Notes under the pieces: generated by a model
Databases searched by the model: none
What the model was told of the DNA's origin: nothing
The model's input: the letters and a program-made list of their open reading frames with translations, nothing else
Origin: an uncultured Candidatus Bathyarchaeia archaeon
GTDB lineage: Archaea; Thermoproteota; Bathyarchaeia; Bathyarchaeales; Bathyarchaeaceae
Assembly (NCBI GenBank): GCA_964399485.1
Contig: CAYNQS010000010.1
Coordinates: forward strand, 392-64,391
Direction: 5' to 3'
Length of the DNA: 64,000 nt
Made by a program: the position numbers and the translations under genes
In this document: positions 28,060 to 37,655 of the stretch, one piece after another
Layout of the letters: every line of letters starts with the position of its first letter
Numbering within the stretch: the first letter of the stretch is position 1

Positions 28060-28203
28060 ATGAATTTGCGAGTTAAAATCAACAATGAGCTCCGCAGAAT
28101 ACGCAGAAAGATACATAGTGAAAAAATACCAGCTGAGAAGATTCGTTTGATTAACGCCTACGAGGACCTTATGTATACCCTGAAAGTCCCTGCTAAACGT
28201 TAG
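28060..28203 (+). CDS. Possible 47-aa basic protein
   Basis: Manual translation MNLRVKINNELRRIRRKIHSEKIPAEKIRLINAYEDLMYTLKVPAKR; GGAGTGA upstream. Confidence 0.4.
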   Translation: MNLRVKINNELRRIRRKIHSEKIPAEKIRLINAYEDLMYTLKVPAKR

Positions 28204-28510
28204 CTAATGTGAAAGATTCTGTCATCTTTCTAAGCTTCATGAGCAAGGCGCCACATAATATTTAGGAGTTACTAGCCGAGTCTTAGAAACGGCATTGACG
28301 TCTGAGAAGTATAGATGGCTGGCAGTCTTAGGCGTGGTAGGTATTGGTTTGGGCTCTTTGCACTCTTAGAAATTCTGGCTGCACTCCTCCTATGGTATCT
28401 TTGCCAACCCCATTATTTTTTGTTTCCTTCATTGAGTTTCTGAGTATCCAGTCTTTTTCTGTCGCCATAAAGCCTTAAATATCCTGCTTGTTACTGACTT
28501 GACGATAGAT

Positions 28511-28981
28511 ATGCCAAAATGGGGCTACTCAATAACGGACATAGACGTAGAGAAGACAGTTAAAGCTAGCGGACGCGAGCTTAGAATATCCCCCAAACAC
28601 GCAAGAGAAGTTTGCAAAACAATAAAAGGAATGAGCCTCGATCAAGCCAAAGAATACCTTCATCAGGTTATCCTGAAGAAGAAACCTGTTCCCTTCCGCA
28701 GATTTAACAAAAAAGTACCCCATCGCCACGGTTTAGAGAAAGCCTTCTCCGGCAGATACCCTGTTAAGGCTGCACAACAAATTTTGAAGGTGCTTGAAGG
28801 CGCTGAGGCAAACGCAGAAAATAAGGGTCTTGACATGGAACGGCTTCGAATAATTCACGCCTCAGCCTCCTCGGGAATGAAGATAAAACGATTTATTCCC
28901 AGAGCATTCGGGCGGTCATCACCACGCTTCACAACCCTTTCTCACGTAGAGCTTGTTCTGGAAGAGATGGAGGCAACCTAA
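28511..28981 (+). CDS. rpl22: 50S ribosomal protein L22
   Basis: RISPKHAREVC, GRYPVKAA, PRAFGR; start taken at ATG 28511. Confidence 0.97.
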   Translation: MPKWGYSITDIDVEKTVKASGRELRISPKHAREVCKTIKGMSLDQAKEYLHQVILKKKPVPFRRFNKKVPHRHGLEKAFSGRYPVKAAQQILKVLEGAEANAENKGLDMERLRIIHASASSGMKIKRFIPRAFGRSSPRFTTLSHVELVLEEMEAT

Positions 28982-30027
28982 TGTCTGTGGTTAAACACTT
29001 CATAGAAGATTCAATAAAGAAAGCAGAGATCGACGAATTTCTACGAAACGAATTCGAACGGGCAGGATACGGTGGCGTAGGCATCACCAAAACCCCTCTG
29101 GGAACCCACCTGGTAATCTATACCATGCGCCCCGGTATAGTCATCGGAAGAGGCGGAGAAACCATAAGAGCGCTCGCGACAGTTCTCGAAGAAAAGTTTC
29201 AGCTTCCCAGCCCCCAGATTTCAGTGGCTGAAATCGAAATCCCCGAACTCAACGCCTATGTTGTGGCGTCACGGATTGCCTCAGCATTGAAGCGGGGCGT
29301 CCACTATCGAAGAGCCGGTTTCTGGGGTCTAAACCAGATCATGGACGCAGGGGCACTGGGAGCAGAAGTTATTATCAGCGGTAAGTTACGGACTGACCGT
29401 GCTCGATACGAAAAGTTTAGGGCAGGATACTTGCCTAAGAGTGGGGAGCCCCCAAGGAAATACATGAGAAAAGCGGAGTTGCATGTTCAGACGAAACCTG
29501 GAATTTTGGGAGTGAAAGTTCGGCTGATTCCCCCTGAGGCAGAGTTTCCCGATCAGGTAAAAGTACAGATAATTGAAGAAGAATTGGAGAAAGAAACAGA
29601 AGGAGAGATACTGGAGGAAAAGGCGGTAACCGAAGAAAAAGTGGTTGAACCAGCGGTTTCTCCTGCTGAAGAAAAAGCGGTAGTCGAAGAGCCTGTATCC
29701 AAATCTACGGTTCCTCCTGCAAAAGAAGAACCAGAGTCAGAGGAGAAAGTAGCCGAAACAAAGGCTCCTTCTGCTGAAGACAAAAAAGTAACTAAAAAGA
29801 AGGCTGCCAAAGCAAAGGCTCCTGCTACTGAACAAAAAGCTGTAAAGGATAAAAAAGCAGCCAAAAAGAAGACTCCATCCGCAGAGAAAAAGCCGAAAGC
29901 CAAAAAGAAAGCAGAGCCTAAAGTAGCTAAACCGACAGCTCCTGCTAAAGAAAAGGCAGCATCCAAAAAGAAAGTAGCCAAAGCAAAGGCTTCTTCAGCT
30001 AAAGAAAAGAAGGAGGCTGAAGAATAA
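28981..30027 (+). CDS. rps3: 30S ribosomal protein S3 with long Glu/Lys/Ala-rich C-terminal tail
   Basis: RAGYGG, RPGIVIGRGG KH motif, GAEVIISGKL, KPGILGVKV. Confidence 0.97.
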   Translation: MSVVKHFIEDSIKKAEIDEFLRNEFERAGYGGVGITKTPLGTHLVIYTMRPGIVIGRGGETIRALATVLEEKFQLPSPQISVAEIEIPELNAYVVASRIASALKRGVHYRRAGFWGLNQIMDAGALGAEVIISGKLRTDRARYEKFRAGYLPKSGEPPRKYMRKAELHVQTKPGILGVKVRLIPPEAEFPDQVKVQIIEEELEKETEGEILEEKAVTEEKVVEPAVSPAEEKAVVEEPVSKSTVPPAKEEPESEEKVAETKAPSAEDKKVTKKKAAKAKAPATEQKAVKDKKAAKKKTPSAEKKPKAKKKAEPKVAKPTAPAKEKAASKKKVAKAKASSAKEKKEAEE

Positions 30028-30028
30028 A

Positions 30029-30244
30029 ATGGCAATCTTACGATTAAAAGACATTCGCGACATGTCTCCTGAGAAACGAAAAGAAAAGATAACCGAATTC
30101 AGGACAGAACTAGCGAGACTGAAAACGATGGTTGAAGCAGGCGGCTCCATCGACAACCCCGCCCAAATACGCGAACTCCGCAAAACCATTGCCCGCATAC
30201 TCACAATCGAAGCCGAAGAAAAACGAGGGAACGAAAAGAAATGA
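30029..30244 (+). CDS. rpl29: 50S ribosomal protein L29
   Basis: NPAQIRELRKTIARILT. Confidence 0.95.
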   Translation: MAILRLKDIRDMSPEKRKEKITEFRTELARLKTMVEAGGSIDNPAQIRELRKTIARILTIEAEEKRGNEKK

Positions 30245-30522
30245 ACGTCACACCCAGCATAGTTCAACACGAATTCATCGGCCTCAAGACCAAGGTGGTT
30301 AAAAGCTCAAACCCACACGTAATTGGAATCGCGGGTAAAGTGGTTGACGAAACCCGTAACACATTCACAATATTGCACAGTGGCGAAAGAAAAGTCATTG
30401 TCAAGGATACGGCTGTTTTTGATTTTGTCATGCCGGACGGAACAGTTGTAGAGATTGATGGCAAAGTTATCATGGGACGACCTGAAGATCGAATTAAGAA
30501 ACGACCTAGGAGGCTATGGTAG
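30241..30522 (+). CDS. rnp1: Ribonuclease P protein component 1 (Rpp29)
   Basis: HEFIGL, GKVVDETRNT, GRPEDRIK. Confidence 0.93.
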   Translation: MNVTPSIVQHEFIGLKTKVVKSSNPHVIGIAGKVVDETRNTFTILHSGERKVIVKDTAVFDFVMPDGTVVEIDGKVIMGRPEDRIKKRPRRLW

Positions 30523-30861
30523 ATGTCAGCCCTTACCGCAAAAACACCAAAGAAAACATGTGACGATATCAACTGTCCATTTCACGGCTCCCTCGCCCTG
30601 AAGCGGCACTCACTGGACGGAATCGTAGTCAGCGACAAGATGGAAGAAACCATCATCGTCCGCCGCGACTACCTGAAATATGTACCAAAATTCAGAAGAT
30701 ACGAACGGAGACGCAGCAATATAGCCGCGCACAACCCCCCCTGCCTTGAAATCAAAACAGGAGACAAAGTGAAATTGGCAGAATGCCGCCCAATAAGCAA
30801 AACCGTCTCGTTCGTTGTCATCGAGAAACTGGAGGAAGGACCAAGTGGCGGCAAGAGCTAA
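30523..30861 (+). CDS. rps17: 30S ribosomal protein S17
   Basis: CDDINCPFHG, AHNPPC, ECRPISKT. Confidence 0.96.
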   Translation: MSALTAKTPKKTCDDINCPFHGSLALKRHSLDGIVVSDKMEETIIVRRDYLKYVPKFRRYERRRSNIAAHNPPCLEIKTGDKVKLAECRPISKTVSFVVIEKLEEGPSGGKS

Positions 30862-31285
30862 ATCTCGGGCTTTCATGGCAAAGGGCGTTGTCGGTCAGAA
30901 ACCAAAGATTTCCCGAGGATTGCCAAACGGGTCCATCTTGAAGTGCGCCGACAATTCGGGTGCTCAAACGATCCGATTAATTCAAGTTGTAGGATACAAA
31001 GGACGGTTATGCCGTGTTCCAACAGCTTCCGTGGGGGACCTAATCACAGTCTCAATTAGAAAAGGGACACCAGACATGAGAAAGAAGATATTTCATGCTG
31101 TTGTGGTTCGGCAGAGAAAACCGTTTCGCCGCGTTGACGGAATCTGGGTTCAATTCGAGGACAACGCAGCTGTCATAATGACCCCAGAGGGGGAAATGCG
31201 GGGCTCAGAGATTCGGGGACCCATTGCAAAGGAGGCGGCGGAGAAATGGCCTAGAATCGCCAGCGCCGCCAGCATCATCGTATAG
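30845..31285 (+). CDS. rpl14: 50S ribosomal protein L14
   Basis: CADNSGA, FEDNAAVI, GPIAKEAAEKWPRIAS; GTG start 30845. Confidence 0.97.
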   Translation: MAARAKSRAFMAKGVVGQKPKISRGLPNGSILKCADNSGAQTIRLIQVVGYKGRLCRVPTASVGDLITVSIRKGTPDMRKKIFHAVVVRQRKPFRRVDGIWVQFEDNAAVIMTPEGEMRGSEIRGPIAKEAAEKWPRIASAASIIV

Positions 31286-31297
31286 GAGACTCAAAGA

Positions 31298-31753
31298 ATG
31301 AAGACAACAAAACCTACTAAACAGAGAAAGAGGATGTATCAAGCTCCTGTTACCGCGCGATACAGAAGATTCTCTGCGCCCCTTTCCTCTAAGTTGAAGG
31401 AGTCTCACGGCACAAGCTCGGTTCCGGTGAGAAAAGGCGACACCGTTATGATCATGAGGGGAGACCGTAAGGGCTCCGAAGGAAAAGTCACCCAGATTAG
31501 CCGGAAAAATTACAGGATATTCGTTGAGGGGGCGGATCGTGAGAAGGTGGATGGAACCAAGATCTCTGTTCCTATTCATCCCTCAAAGGTAATGATAACA
31601 CGCCTAAATCTTGATGATAAATGGCGCAAAAAGATTCTGGAAAGAAAGGGTGTAGCTGAGAAAGCTGAAATCGCCGAAGAGGAGCCTCCGAAGGAAGAGA
31701 AGAAAAAGAAGAGGAAAACAAGTAAAAGAACAAAAGAATCTGGAGGAACATGA
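31298..31753 (+). CDS. rpl24: 50S ribosomal protein L24
   Basis: PVRKGDTVMIMRGD, PIHPSKV; charged C-terminal tail. Confidence 0.96.
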   Translation: MKTTKPTKQRKRMYQAPVTARYRRFSAPLSSKLKESHGTSSVPVRKGDTVMIMRGDRKGSEGKVTQISRKNYRIFVEGADREKVDGTKISVPIHPSKVMITRLNLDDKWRKKILERKGVAEKAEIAEEEPPKEEKKKKRKTSKRTKESGGT

Positions 31754-31754
31754 G

Positions 31755-32513
31755 TTGGGAAGAAAAGGCGAACGTGGATGTTTGAAGAGGAAACCTGCGC
31801 CGAAAATGTGGCCTATTCACCGGAAGGAGGCTGTTTGGACCGTTATGCCCAAGCCTGGTCCCCATTCCATTTCACATTCTTTACCGCTTATCCTTATCGT
31901 CCGGGACATGCTTGGATTCGCAAAAACGGCTAAGGAAGCCAAGAACATAATTTCTCAAGAAAAGATTATGGTTGACGGAAAAGTCAGACGTGATGGACGT
32001 TTTCTTGTCGGTTCGATGGATGTCATCTCAATAGTTGACGCCAAGACATCCTACCGAGTGCTACCTTCTGAGAAGGGTCTCATCCTTCATCCAATCGATT
32101 CTGGCGAAGCGGCTTTCAAACTTTGCCGAATAGAAAACAAGCACGTTGTAAAAGGCGGAAACGTGCACCTTGATCTTCACGACGGCGCAAGTTCCCTGAT
32201 CCAGGTGAGCAACCCTCAGAATCCCGAAGAAGATACATATCACACTCTTGATGTCCTGAAGCTCAGCGTTCCTGATCGGGAACTTCTTGGGCACACAAAG
32301 CTAACTGTAGGAGCGCCTGCAATAGTAATCAGCGGAAAAAACATGGGCAAATATGGCAAGGTCGTTACCATCGAAAAGAAACCAAGCAAAAAACGTAGAG
32401 ACCTGCTTGTCACAGTCAAAGGCGTAGATGGGGACGAATTCCAGACAATCCTCGATTTCGTTTTCATCCTCGGCGACACTGAACCTGCCATATCTCTACC
32501 GGAGGTGGATTAG
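31755..32513 (+). CDS. rps4e: 30S ribosomal protein S4e
   Basis: LKRKPAP..WPI.RK, PGPH, VDGKVRRD. Confidence 0.96.
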   Translation: MGRKGERGCLKRKPAPKMWPIHRKEAVWTVMPKPGPHSISHSLPLILIVRDMLGFAKTAKEAKNIISQEKIMVDGKVRRDGRFLVGSMDVISIVDAKTSYRVLPSEKGLILHPIDSGEAAFKLCRIENKHVVKGGNVHLDLHDGASSLIQVSNPQNPEEDTYHTLDVLKLSVPDRELLGHTKLTVGAPAIVISGKNMGKYGKVVTIEKKPSKKRRDLLVTVKGVDGDEFQTILDFVFILGDTEPAISLPEVD

Positions 32514-32514
32514 C

Positions 32515-33237
32515 TTGGCAAAAGGAAAAGCTGCTAAATCCAAGGTTACACCTCCTAAAGAAGAGAAAAAGGTATCTGAAAAGAAAGTAGCCAAAGCAAA
32601 GGCTCAACCTGTAAAGAAAAAGTCAGCAGCAAAAAAGAAAGCAAGAGAAAAAGTGGCTGAACCAGCGGTTTCTGCTGAAGAAAAGAAAGCAGAGCCTGAA
32701 GTAGCTGAACCTTCACGTGGAGAATTGGCTGAAAACCCCATGCTTAAGCCTAGAATCGAAAAGGTAACTGTCAACATGTCAGTTGGGCAGTCCGGAAAAC
32801 CTCTGGAACAGGCGGCAACGATTCTCCAGCAACTAACAAGTCAGAAGCCCTCTCGGAGGCAAGCCAAAAAAACCATACGCGAATTCGGTATCAGAAAAGG
32901 GGAATCCGTAGCGTGCCTAGTGACTCTTCGAAATAAAAAGGCAGAAGAGTTTCTCCGGAAGGCTCTGCAAGCAGTCGAGAACAAGCTTTCAAAGTACTGT
33001 TTTGATCGTCAAGGCAACTTTTCCTTTGGAATCAAAGAACATATAGACATTCCCGGCACCAAATATGTGCCTGAACTCGGCATCCACGGCATGGATATTT
33101 CAGTTTCCCTCGGCAGAGCGGGATACAGAGTTAAACATAGACACCGCGTCAAGTCTAAGATCGGAAAAGATCATCAGCTGACAGCCGACGAAGCGGTACT
33201 ATTTATTAAAGACGAGTTTGATGTTGAAATAACGTAA
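32515..33237 (+). CDS. rpl5: 50S ribosomal protein L5 with Lys/Ala/Glu-rich N-terminal extension
   Basis: [36 protein letters not shown]; TTG start 32515. Confidence 0.95.
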   Translation: MAKGKAAKSKVTPPKEEKKVSEKKVAKAKAQPVKKKSAAKKKAREKVAEPAVSAEEKKAEPEVAEPSRGELAENPMLKPRIEKVTVNMSVGQSGKPLEQAATILQQLTSQKPSRRQAKKTIREFGIRKGESVACLVTLRNKKAEEFLRKALQAVENKLSKYCFDRQGNFSFGIKEHIDIPGTKYVPELGIHGMDISVSLGRAGYRVKHRHRVKSKIGKDHQLTADEAVLFIKDEFDVEIT

Positions 33238-33250
33238 AAATGGTGAAACT

Positions 33251-33415
33251 ATGGTGAAACAGCAATCTAAGACAGAACGAAAGTCCGGTAAAGGCAGTCG
33301 ACCCTGCAGACGATGCGGCTCCTACGGCTCGCTTATCCGCAGATACGACTTGAATCTTTGCCGTCAATGCTTCAGGGAGATTGCTAAAGACCTAGGTTTC
33401 AGGAAGTATGAGTAA
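33251..33415 (+). CDS. rps14: 30S ribosomal protein S14 (zinc-binding; not in the ORF track)
   Basis: Manual translation ...[11 protein letters not shown]...[21 protein letters not shown] (54 aa). Confidence 0.96.
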   Translation: MVKQQSKTERKSGKGSRPCRRCGSYGSLIRRYDLNLCRQCFREIAKDLGFRKYE

Positions 33416-33431
33416 GGGGGATGCATCAGGT

Positions 33432-33824
33432 TTGCCTATGATGGACACGCTTGCAAACGGTTTAACCACCATAATCAACAATGAGATGCGAAGAAAACGT
33501 GAATGCATAATTAACCGGGCATCCAAACTTTTGGGGCGTGTCTTGCGAGTTATGCAGTTGAACGGTTACATCGGAGAGTTCGAGTTTATTGATGATGGGC
33601 GCTCCGGAAAATTTAGGGTACAGCTTCTTGGCAGAGTCAACAAATGTGGTGCCGTAAAGCCTAGAATTCCTGTAAGCTCTAATGAAATAGAGAACTGGGA
33701 AAAACAGTTTCTCCCCTCCAGAGACATAGGAGTGCTAGTGTTTTCCACCTCTCAAGGGGTTCTGTCCCATAAAGAGGTTAAAGAGAAAAAGATCGGTGGG
33801 CGTCTTTTGGCTTTTGTTTATTAG
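33432..33824 (+). CDS. rps8: 30S ribosomal protein S8
   Basis: [40 protein letters not shown]. Confidence 0.96.
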   Translation: MPMMDTLANGLTTIINNEMRRKRECIINRASKLLGRVLRVMQLNGYIGEFEFIDDGRSGKFRVQLLGRVNKCGAVKPRIPVSSNEIENWEKQFLPSRDIGVLVFSTSQGVLSHKEVKEKKIGGRLLAFVY

Positions 33825-33836
33825 GAGAAGTAGAAG

Positions 33837-34385
33837 ATGCGGGCAATCCAATCTGTGGCAACTGTTGAAATTCCTGAAGGCGTAGAGGGTATGCTGGATG
33901 GTAGAATCGTTACGATAAAAGGTGAAAAGGGAGAATTGGTCAGAGACTTTTCTCATGCGCCCATACAGATTCAGCTAGAGGGGAAGAAAGTAACAGTTCA
34001 TGCGAGTTGGCCTCGCAAAAAGGAAGCTGCGCTCGTGGGAACTGTCTGTTCTCACATTCAGAACATGATAAAGGGAGTAACAGAGGGATTCACTTACAAA
34101 TTGAAAATCGTTTTCTCCCACTTCCCAATAACCGTCAAAGTCCAAGGGAAAACATTGACCATCCAGAACTTCACTGGAGAACGAAACCCGCGCAAAGCCA
34201 AGATAATGGGAGACACCAAGGTCACAGTCAAGGGAGACGACATTACCGTACAGGGGATCAACCTTGAGGATGTCAGCCAAACCGCTGCAAACATCCAAAA
34301 TGCAACAAAAATCAAAATAAAAGATCCGCGGGTGTTCCTAGACGGTATATACGTTTACGAGAAGCATGAGGGAGTCCAAGAATGA
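33837..34385 (+). CDS. rpl6: 50S ribosomal protein L6
   Basis: NMIKGVTEGF.YKL, HFP, DPRVFLDGIYV. Confidence 0.96.
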   Translation: MRAIQSVATVEIPEGVEGMLDGRIVTIKGEKGELVRDFSHAPIQIQLEGKKVTVHASWPRKKEAALVGTVCSHIQNMIKGVTEGFTYKLKIVFSHFPITVKVQGKTLTIQNFTGERNPRKAKIMGDTKVTVKGDDITVQGINLEDVSQTAANIQNATKIKIKDPRVFLDGIYVYEKHEGVQE

Positions 34386-34861
34386 CACAGGAAGAGCAGG
34401 AGACAATCGCAGAAAAGCAGTTCCCCAAAAAGGATCATAGTAGACGCAAGAAACCCAAGTTTAGGCGCCAAGAAAGCTGGAGATACAAGCGCGTGGGGGA
34501 TACTTGGAGAAAACCTCATGGCATAGACAGTAAAATGCGGAAAAAGGTTAAGGGATGGCCCGTCTCTCCAACCACCGGTTACCGAAGCCCCAAGAAAACA
34601 AGAGGTCTCCATCCGTCAGGTTTCGTGGAGACTCGGGTTCAATCTGTGGAGGATTTGGGGGGAATAGACCCTGAACTGCAGGCTATAAGAATAGCTCGCA
34701 CGGTGGGGGGCAGAAAAAGAGTTGAAATCCTAGCTTTAGCTGAGGAAAAGGGAATACACGTTTTAAATCCAAGAGCGGCTCGTGAGCCTGAAGAGTTCAA
34801 GGAAGGTGAGGAGTTAGAGGAAACAGAAGAGGCAGAAAGCCTGTCTGAGGGAGAGAAGTAA
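34382..34861 (+). CDS. rpl32e: 50S ribosomal protein L32e
   Basis: KPKFRRQESWRY, WRKPHGIDSKMR, RGLHPSG; acidic tail. Confidence 0.96.
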   Translation: MTQEEQETIAEKQFPKKDHSRRKKPKFRRQESWRYKRVGDTWRKPHGIDSKMRKKVKGWPVSPTTGYRSPKKTRGLHPSGFVETRVQSVEDLGGIDPELQAIRIARTVGGRKRVEILALAEEKGIHVLNPRAAREPEEFKEGEELEETEEAESLSEGEK

Positions 34862-34863
34862 CG

Positions 34864-35316
34864 TTGAGTCTGAAAAGTCAGCGTCGGTTAGCTGCCGAAA
34901 TCTTGAAGATCGGTGAAAACCGAGTTTGGATAGACCCGGAAAGGATAGATTATGTTGAGGCAGCCATTACCCGAGAAGAAATCAGGAAGTTGATTCACGA
35001 AAAAGTTGTCAGATCCCTTCCCCAGAAAGGAGTTAGCCGTGCTCGAGCCAGAGTTTTGAAAGAAAAGAGGAAGAAAGGATTAAGGAGGGGACCTGGAGGA
35101 AAAAGCGGTTCTGCTCGGGCAAAAATCTCCAAGAAGCAGGCTTGGATGAACCAGATAAGACCCTTAAGGAAAAGATTACGCGAATTGAAGGACAGCCGCA
35201 CCATCACAGAAACTGTTTACCGTAAACTGTACGACATGTCAGAAAGCGGAGTCTTCGAGTCGACGGCTGATTTAGAGCGCTACATCCGAACCCATGGTTT
35301 GTGGAGGAAACGATAA
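34864..35316 (+). CDS. rpl19e: 50S ribosomal protein L19e
   Basis: QRRLAAEILKIGENRVWIDP, AITREEIR. Confidence 0.96.
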   Translation: MSLKSQRRLAAEILKIGENRVWIDPERIDYVEAAITREEIRKLIHEKVVRSLPQKGVSRARARVLKEKRKKGLRRGPGGKSGSARAKISKKQAWMNQIRPLRKRLRELKDSRTITETVYRKLYDMSESGVFESTADLERYIRTHGLWRKR

Positions 35317-35936
35317 TGGCAACTGGACCACGATACCGAGTTCCTTTCCGCAGAAGAAGAGAAGGCAAAACAAATTATCGATCACGTAGAGCCCTCGTTC
35401 TGTCCGGCGTGCCTCGTCTAGTAGTTCGGCTCACTCTGAATCATGCGATTGTTCAGGTAATCGAAGCTGAAGCCGTAGGGGACAGGGTTGTTGTTTCGGC
35501 TCATTCACGTGAATTGGCGAAAACCTATGGTTGGCTGGACAACTGCGGGAACGTTCCATCCGCTTATCTAACTGGCCTCCTGTGCGGTTTCAAGGCAGTG
35601 GCTAATGGTGTAGACAAAGCTTTCTTGGATGTTGGTTTGCATATTCCCTCTAAGGGAACGCGAATTTTTGCCGCCTTAAAGGGAGTAATCGACGCTGGTG
35701 TTGAGGTTCCCCACAGTGAAGATATACTTTCCGACGAAGATAGAATAAGCGGGAAACACATCGCGGACTATGCAGGTCAGTTGGCTTCAGAGCCTGAGGT
35801 CTACAAGCAGAGGTTCTCAGCGTATCTTTCAAAAGGATTACGGCCAGAAGAAATACCTGAACGTTTTTCTGTAGTGAAAGACAAGATCAAGTCGTCGTTT
35901 GAGAAAAAGGTGAAAGCACAGAGGAAAGAAACATGA
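35316..35936 (+). CDS. rpl18: 50S ribosomal protein L18
   Basis: MATGPRYRVPFRRRREGKTNY, SAYLTGLL. Confidence 0.96.
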   Translation: MATGPRYRVPFRRRREGKTNYRSRRALVLSGVPRLVVRLTLNHAIVQVIEAEAVGDRVVVSAHSRELAKTYGWLDNCGNVPSAYLTGLLCGFKAVANGVDKAFLDVGLHIPSKGTRIFAALKGVIDAGVEVPHSEDILSDEDRISGKHIADYAGQLASEPEVYKQRFSAYLSKGLRPEEIPERFSVVKDKIKSSFEKKVKAQRKET

Positions 35937-36565
35937 GCTCCAGCAGCGATAAGTTTGAAAGTTGGGTGCCCCGTACAAGGCTTGGAAAAATGATTCTTGA
36001 GAGACAAATCTCCTCCATAGAAGAGCTGTTCATGGAAGGACTCAAGATAAGGGAACCCGAGATAGTGGACATTCTTCTCCCCGATCTTCAGGAGGAAGTC
36101 ATAAACATAGGTTTAGTGCAGAAGCAAACGGACGCTGGAGAGAAATCCCAGTTCCGGGCTATTGTGGTTGTGGGAAACCGCGACGGTTACGTAGGTTTGG
36201 GTTCAGGAAAAGCAAGGCAGGTGCGCTCCGCCATAGAGAAAGCTGCTGTGAACGCACGCCTAAACATAACCCCTGTCCGTCGAGGCTGCGGATCATGGGA
36301 ATGCGGATGCGGAAAACACCACTCTATGCCGTTCCAAGTTCGAGGCGAGTGCGGCGGCGTTGAAATTGTCCTGATTCCAGGACCGAGAGGTCTAGGTATT
36401 GTTGCAAGCGAGGCAGCCAAGGTTATTCTAGGATTGGCTGGCGTAAAGGATTGCTGGACGAAAAGCTACGGCTCCACAAGAACTGTTCCCTCCTTCGCCT
36501 TCGCCGTCTTTGATGCGCTCAAAAAAACCTACCTGCTGGTCACACCGAAGGATTGGGTGAGCTAA
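35933..36565 (+). CDS. rps5: 30S ribosomal protein S5
   Basis: WVPRTRLG, QKQTDAGE, RRGCGSWEC, PGPRGLG. Confidence 0.97.
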   Translation: MSSSSDKFESWVPRTRLGKMILERQISSIEELFMEGLKIREPEIVDILLPDLQEEVINIGLVQKQTDAGEKSQFRAIVVVGNRDGYVGLGSGKARQVRSAIEKAAVNARLNITPVRRGCGSWECGCGKHHSMPFQVRGECGGVEIVLIPGPRGLGIVASEAAKVILGLAGVKDCWTKSYGSTRTVPSFAFAVFDALKKTYLLVTPKDWVS

Positions 36566-36566
36566 A

Positions 36567-37046
36567 GTGGCGGAACAGAGGAAGTGTTTGGTGGCAGTTC
36601 GGATTCGCGGTGTGAGTGATATTTCTCAGGAAGTCAAGGATACGTTGAGTATGCTGCGGCTAACACGAAACTGTCACGCCACATTAGTTGACGACCGCCC
36701 AGCCTACAATGGCATGTTGCGGAAAAGCAAGGATTACTTGACTTGGGGTGAGGTCTCCCAAGAGAATATAGCGCTTCTTTTGAAGAAGAGAGGAAGAGTT
36801 GTAGGAGATAAAAAGTTGACTGACGAATACGCTAAAGAATTGGGCTACAAATCCTTGGACAGCCTAGCTGAAGCGATATTCAAAGTGGAAGTGGAGTGCA
36901 GCAGTCTTCCTAAAGTGAAACCTGTGTTCCGTCTTCGCCCACCGAAAAAAGGCTTTAAAGGGAAAATTAAACGAAGTTATTCTGCTGGTGGGGAACTCGG
37001 ATATAGAGGAGACGCAATCAACGACCTCCTTAAGCGAATGGTGTAG
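36567..37046 (+). CDS. rpl30: 50S ribosomal protein L30
   Basis: AVRIRG, TWGE, FRLRPPKKGF, GELGYRG. Confidence 0.96.
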   Translation: MAEQRKCLVAVRIRGVSDISQEVKDTLSMLRLTRNCHATLVDDRPAYNGMLRKSKDYLTWGEVSQENIALLLKKRGRVVGDKKLTDEYAKELGYKSLDSLAEAIFKVEVECSSLPKVKPVFRLRPPKKGFKGKIKRSYSAGGELGYRGDAINDLLKRMV

Positions 37047-37111
37047 TCGACGCAAGCGATAATCTTTAAAGTCACCTTGTCAGCACACTCTCAGTTAAGG
37101 AAGGAATTTCC

Positions 37112-37645
37112 GTGAGCGACCCCTGGTGGAAACGAAGAAAAAAGAAAGACCCTTGGTTTAACGACATCTATGACGAGTTGGAAAGGCTAGGAGACCTGAT
37201 AGATGAAACCATGCAGAAAGCCTTAGACAACACCTCCAAAGACACGCCGACAAAACGTAATCGTTTCAAAGATTTTTCCGTAAAAGTCGGTCCTGACGGA
37301 AAGCCGAGGATTCGAGAATTTAATAACCGTCAACCACGGCAAGCTGAATCCGAGGTCAGTGACGACCCAGAGCCTCTAGTAGACATCATCGAGGAGGGGG
37401 AGACAGTGGTTGTTTTAGTGGCGCTCCCGGGAGTCGAGAAAGATGATATTGATCTTCGCTTAACTGGGAATACTTTAGCTTTCTCTGTTGATGCTGCTGA
37501 TTTTGAGTGGTATGATGAATTGAAGCTTCCGGCTAGGGTGAATCCGAAGTCAGCGCGGGCGTCGTACAAGAATGGAGTGTTGGAGATAAAAGTGAAGAAA
37601 GTAGAGAAGCCATTTAGAGCTGATAGAATATCTTTGAAAAAGTGA
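37112..37645 (+). CDS. Small heat-shock protein Hsp20
   Basis: GPDGKPRIREF, EPLVDIIE, LPGVEKDDI, ASYKNGVLEI. Confidence 0.92.
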   Translation: MSDPWWKRRKKKDPWFNDIYDELERLGDLIDETMQKALDNTSKDTPTKRNRFKDFSVKVGPDGKPRIREFNNRQPRQAESEVSDDPEPLVDIIEEGETVVVLVALPGVEKDDIDLRLTGNTLAFSVDAADFEWYDELKLPARVNPKSARASYKNGVLEIKVKKVEKPFRADRISLKK

Positions 37646-37655
37646 GGTTTGACGT

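Noticed and set aside
29553-30035. 160-aa hydrophobic ORF antisense to rps3
   Set aside because: Mirror of the low-complexity Lys/Ala/Glu tail
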